Assembly: GCA_965222615.1 (NCBI GenBank) | Contig: CBDCUI010000008.1 | Span: 896,001-960,000, forward strand | From: Gammaproteobacteria bacterium | GTDB lineage: Bacteria; Pseudomonadota; Gammaproteobacteria; UBA4575 | Direction: 5' to 3' | DNA: 64,000 nucleotides | Part shown: positions 60,557 to 64,000 of the stretch, piece by piece | How the letters are laid out: every line of letters begins with the position of its first letter | Position numbering within the stretch: the stretch's first letter is position 1 | Notes under the pieces: generated by a model | Seen by the model: the letters and a program-made list of their open reading frames with translations, nothing else | The model's database searches: none | Told to the model about the DNA's origin: nothing | Position numbers and translations under genes: made by a program

Positions 60557-61912
60557 CTACTTATTTTTATAAGTTGATCCGAGTATTTTTTTAAACTCAT
60601 TATTAATCATTAGCAAATTCTTCACAGGAAGGTCTCGTATCAGATAATCATAAACTCGGTCATCCTTGCTGCTCCATCTACGTATTACTATTTGTGCCGT
60701 TTGATTCTTTGTTTTACTTAGAAGAGAGTTAACTTGATTGAGTGTAGATACAGATTCACCGTTAATTGATTCAATTACATCCCATTCTTCTATCTCTAAG
60801 CTTTTTCCAATGGAGGATGGATCCACATAAGTGGTAAAAATACGATTTTCTGGACCTAGTTCTTCAATATCTCGGATATTCTTTTCTCTAAGTACAATTC
60901 CTGAGACATGAATCGCTTTTCTGTTCAATACGTTTTCAGCTAAATCAAGTTTTCCGGTAATTTGCTTTTGTTCCCCATCTCGTAAAACATTCAAAATTAT
61001 ATTTTCAGTATTTCCACGTAGATGGTGTATTAATTGGCCTTCATTTTTGATTGAAGTTTGATTTGCATTCACAGAAGTGATGACATCACCAGCACGCAAA
61101 TCCAATTGTTTTGGATGTAGGTAGGTTTTTGCAACAACCAGCTTTTCACTATCATTTAATGTTTCGGAGAAAATGGTTTTCAGGTTCGGCGGAGAAGGGT
61201 CTTTACCTTCTTTTAGTAAGGTAAGTATTTTGCACACGTACTCACTTGGAGTGGCGAAATTGGTATTTTGATCTTCTTCACTTGAAATACTTGCTGTGTT
61301 GATGGCTAAGACTTTATTTGTTTTCAGGCTGATCAGCGGCCCACCTGAATTTCCACCATTAATTGGTGCATCGGTTTGTATAAATTCGGAGTCATATTTA
61401 CTGGTTCTTCCCGAGATAATTCCTCGTGTACCGGTGTAGGCGAGACCCCAGGGATGTCCAAAGGCACCAACAGGGTGACCAATTTTGGGTTTATTGGCGC
61501 AATCTAGTTTGGCTTCTTTTAGCTTGCTTAAGTGTTCATCAGGTATTTCGATGACCGCCATGTCAATATAGGGGTCTACATATATTTTCTTTGCAGCTAA
61601 GAATTTTCCCTGATGTGGTGCAACTGTGATAGTAGAGATTGAACGAGTGACTACATGCGCATTAGTAACGGCCCAACCGCGTTTTTTATCAACTAAGAAA
61701 CCTGCACCCTGACTAGCTTCTTTTTCATCACTGGAAAATGGGATATCAACAGCAGTACGAATTTGGATGGTGTAATTTTTTGCTCTTTCAAAAATGTCTT
61801 CGGTAGACTTGGCGTGAATAGGCGATGTCAGTAATAGCAGGCATGATATAAGTAGAACTGAATTTCGTAATGTGCAGTTGAAAATCCGTTTCTTCACTGA
61901 AGTTGTCCCCAA
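60557..61912 (-). CDS. Trypsin-like (S1C/HtrA-type) serine protease with PDZ domains
   Basis: TNAHV, D.A, QTDAPINGGNSGGPL; two PDZ-like segments (GDVITSVN, DVIESING). Confidence 0.88.
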   Translation of the reverse strand: MGTTSVKKRIFNCTLRNSVLLISCLLLLTSPIHAKSTEDIFERAKNYTIQIRTAVDIPFSSDEKEASQGAGFLVDKKRGWAVTNAHVVTRSISTITVAPHQGKFLAAKKIYVDPYIDMAVIEIPDEHLSKLKEAKLDCANKPKIGHPVGAFGHPWGLAYTGTRGIISGRTSKYDSEFIQTDAPINGGNSGGPLISLKTNKVLAINTASISSEEDQNTNFATPSEYVCKILTLLKEGKDPSPPNLKTIFSETLNDSEKLVVAKTYLHPKQLDLRAGDVITSVNANQTSIKNEGQLIHHLRGNTENIILNVLRDGEQKQITGKLDLAENVLNRKAIHVSGIVLREKNIRDIEELGPENRIFTTYVDPSSIGKSLEIEEWDVIESINGESVSTLNQVNSLLSKTKNQTAQIVIRRWSSKDDRVYDYLIRDLPVKNLLMINNEFKKILGSTYKNK

Positions 61913-62280
61913 TTTATGAATACTGCCTCCTTAAGAAAATCATCGATGTTCTTTCGAGATTCGACCTAAGCATGTCATAGGTCTTGGTTATATGACTTCT
62001 AATGTTGACGGTGTGCTTATTTGAACAGATGGAAAGTGCAAATATTTTTATATGAAATTAGTTTGCTCTATTTTTCAGTAATTCGCTTCAATCTTTTCAA
62101 GCCACAAAATGAAGTTTCCGTACCACTAGGTTGGGGTGTAATAGGTAGCTAATGCATTTTGAGAATAGCGTACGACATTCAAATTTCATGGGTTTAGAAA
62201 TATTCTTAAATAGGTACTATTAGTACTAAAATACGTAAAAAAATAAACTTTTTGTTGTATTAGTTTATAAAATAGGATAG

Positions 62281-62301
62281 ATTGGTACTATGAGTACCAA
62301 T
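62281..62301. promoter_or_regulatory. Inverted repeat centred on the abiEi start codon (putative operator)
   Basis: ATTGGTACT-ATG-AGTACCAAT; related GGTACT-ATT-AGTACT at 62213-62227. Confidence 0.55.
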
Positions 62302-63063
62302 TATCAGTCAAAAATAAACCACCTCATGAATACACAGCCGGCCGGGGTTGTGTATTTGTCAGCGTGGTTGGCAGAAAACGGTTACAGCCGAGAGCTTCAA
62401 AAGCGCTACAAAAAAAGCCATTGGTTTGAATCAATAGGAACAGGGGCCCTAATCCGTAAAAATGATCAAGTCGATTATTTAGGCGGAGTGTACGCGTTAC
62501 AAAAGCAATTGGGTTTGAGTATACATCCAGGTGGAAAAACTGCACTGTCGTTACTCGGTAAGTCCCATTATCTGGAGTTGTCCGCAAAGAAAGCGATACT
62601 TTTTGGTGACGCAAAGGAAAACTTACCTTTGTGGTTTAAAAAACATCAATGGGGTTTGGATTTAGAATATAAAGCCACTTCGTTTTTACCCTCAGACTTA
62701 GGTCTAGTCGAACTAGAGCAAAAGATGTTCACTATAAAAGTATCTAGTGCCGCGCGCGCGATATTCGAGTGTCTTTACTTAGCCCCTGAAAAACAACCCA
62801 TGTTAGAGGTGATGTATGTAATGGAAGGGCTTAATAACCTAAGACCAGCGCTTATACAATCGCTATTAGAACAGTGTCGATCTGTGAAAGTAAAAAGATT
62901 ATTTTTGTATCTTGCCGAAAAAGTAAGTCATGAATGGTTTAATCATTTAGATTTAAGGAAGATCGAGCTAGGTAAAGGGAAACGCAGTGTGGTAAGCAAT
63001 GGTGTTTATATATCTAAATATAAAATCACTGTACCAAAAGAGCTGGAAGAGAAGCACTCATGA
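62290..63063 (+). CDS. Type IV TA antitoxin, AbiEi family
   Basis: N-terminal HTH-like region (WL...GYS..L...Y....W...IG.G), H.GG.TAL.L.G..HY, S..RA..E.L, C.SVKVKRLFL. Confidence 0.85.
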   Translation: MSTNYQSKINHLMNTQPAGVVYLSAWLAENGYSRELQKRYKKSHWFESIGTGALIRKNDQVDYLGGVYALQKQLGLSIHPGGKTALSLLGKSHYLELSAKKAILFGDAKENLPLWFKKHQWGLDLEYKATSFLPSDLGLVELEQKMFTIKVSSAARAIFECLYLAPEKQPMLEVMYVMEGLNNLRPALIQSLLEQCRSVKVKRLFLYLAEKVSHEWFNHLDLRKIELGKGKRSVVSNGVYISKYKITVPKELEEKHS

Positions 63064-63962
63064 AAGAAGCTTATCAACAACAAGTGTCATTGCTGTTAGA
63101 AGTTTTGCCTGAAGTGGCAAAAGAAAAGTGCTTTGCTCTTCATGGTGGCACCGCAATAAACTTGTTTGTGCGAGACATGCCAAGGCTATCAGTGGATATC
63201 GACTTAACGTATATATCTATTGAAGAAAGAGAAATATCACTGCAAAACATTAACCAAGCTCTGCTAAGGATTAAAGAGCGCATCGAAGCACTCAAGCCAC
63301 AGGTAAATGTCATGCATAGAAGCGAGATATGTAAGCTGTATATCTCTGATCGTGGAGTACAAGTGAAAGTTGAAGTAAACATAGTCATTCGCGGGTTGTT
63401 GAGTGCGTCAATAAAGTCATCATTATGTATGCAAGCACAAAATCAATTTGATGCATTTTGTTCCATCGACTTAGTACCTTTTGGGCAACTTTATGGCGGT
63501 AAAATATGTGCTGCAGTTGATCGCCAACACCCACGAGATTTATTTGATGTAAAAATGCTTTTAGACAATGAAGGTTTTTCAGGAGAAATAAAGCAAGGGT
63601 TTCTCCTTAGCTTACTCAGCAGTGACCGACCGATCCATGAGCTATTTAATCCTAGTATGATCAATCAACAGCAGATATTTGATCATCATTTTGAGGGAAT
63701 GACGAAAGAACCTTTTACTTATAAGGAATTCGAGCATACTCGATCAAATTTGGTGGGCATTATTAAGCAAAATCTGACTCAACAAGATAAGGCATTTTTG
63801 CTTAGTGTAAATCGTCTTGAACCTGACTGGACTGACTACGATTTTGAGCGATTCCCAGCAGTGCAATGGAAGATGCAAAACCTTGAAAAATTGAAAGCCA
63901 ATAATTCTAGTAAGTTCTTAGAACAGTGTGATGCGCTCGATGAGGCCTTGTTGACTGAGTAA
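63060..63962 (+). CDS. Type IV TA toxin, AbiEii nucleotidyltransferase family
   Basis: FALHGGTAINLF..DMPRLSVDIDL, GKICAA.DRQHPRDLFD; 4-nt overlap with the antitoxin gene. Confidence 0.9.
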   Translation: MKEAYQQQVSLLLEVLPEVAKEKCFALHGGTAINLFVRDMPRLSVDIDLTYISIEEREISLQNINQALLRIKERIEALKPQVNVMHRSEICKLYISDRGVQVKVEVNIVIRGLLSASIKSSLCMQAQNQFDAFCSIDLVPFGQLYGGKICAAVDRQHPRDLFDVKMLLDNEGFSGEIKQGFLLSLLSSDRPIHELFNPSMINQQQIFDHHFEGMTKEPFTYKEFEHTRSNLVGIIKQNLTQQDKAFLLSVNRLEPDWTDYDFERFPAVQWKMQNLEKLKANNSSKFLEQCDALDEALLTE

Positions 63963-64000
63963 AAAGCAGTCTAGAGTTAACTTTAGGGATTAAGTACGTA

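Overview
AT-rich gammaproteobacterial chromosomal window with four blocks. (1) 1-18 kb: polar flagellar export/switch cluster (fliI'-fliJKLMNOPQR-flhBAFG-fliA) with sigma54 and FleQ-like sites. The chemotaxis genes that usually follow fliA are absent. In their place are two unannotated 57-aa micro-ORFs, a DUF2802 gene, a voltage-gated K+ channel behind a consensus sigma28 promoter, and an HDOD-GGDEF/HDOD pair. (2) 21-49 kb: a urea/amide nitrogen-scavenging region containing NtrC/sigma54-type urtABCDE, ureDABCEFG, a nitrilase-family hydrolase, a second Urt-like ABC importer, a frameshifted urea channel, amiC-amiR-amiE, a CbbQ/CbbO pair and acs. Three variant ANTAR antitermination RNA modules lie in the leaders of the importer and amiE. 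(3) 50-59 kb: housekeeping genes (bepA-like, tusA-like, ilvH without ilvI, ilvC, degenerate psd, pssA, Leu-rich leader, leuA, family-4 UDG, rimI) with MITE-like repeats. (4) 59-64 kb: accessory small secreted proteins, a PDZ serine protease and an AbiEi/AbiEii type IV toxin-antitoxin pair. The best candidate for an undescribed system is a Rubisco-activase-type CbbQO chaperone apparently paired with an aliphatic amidase that ends in His-Arg. All calls are from motif recognition by eye; no database searches were run.
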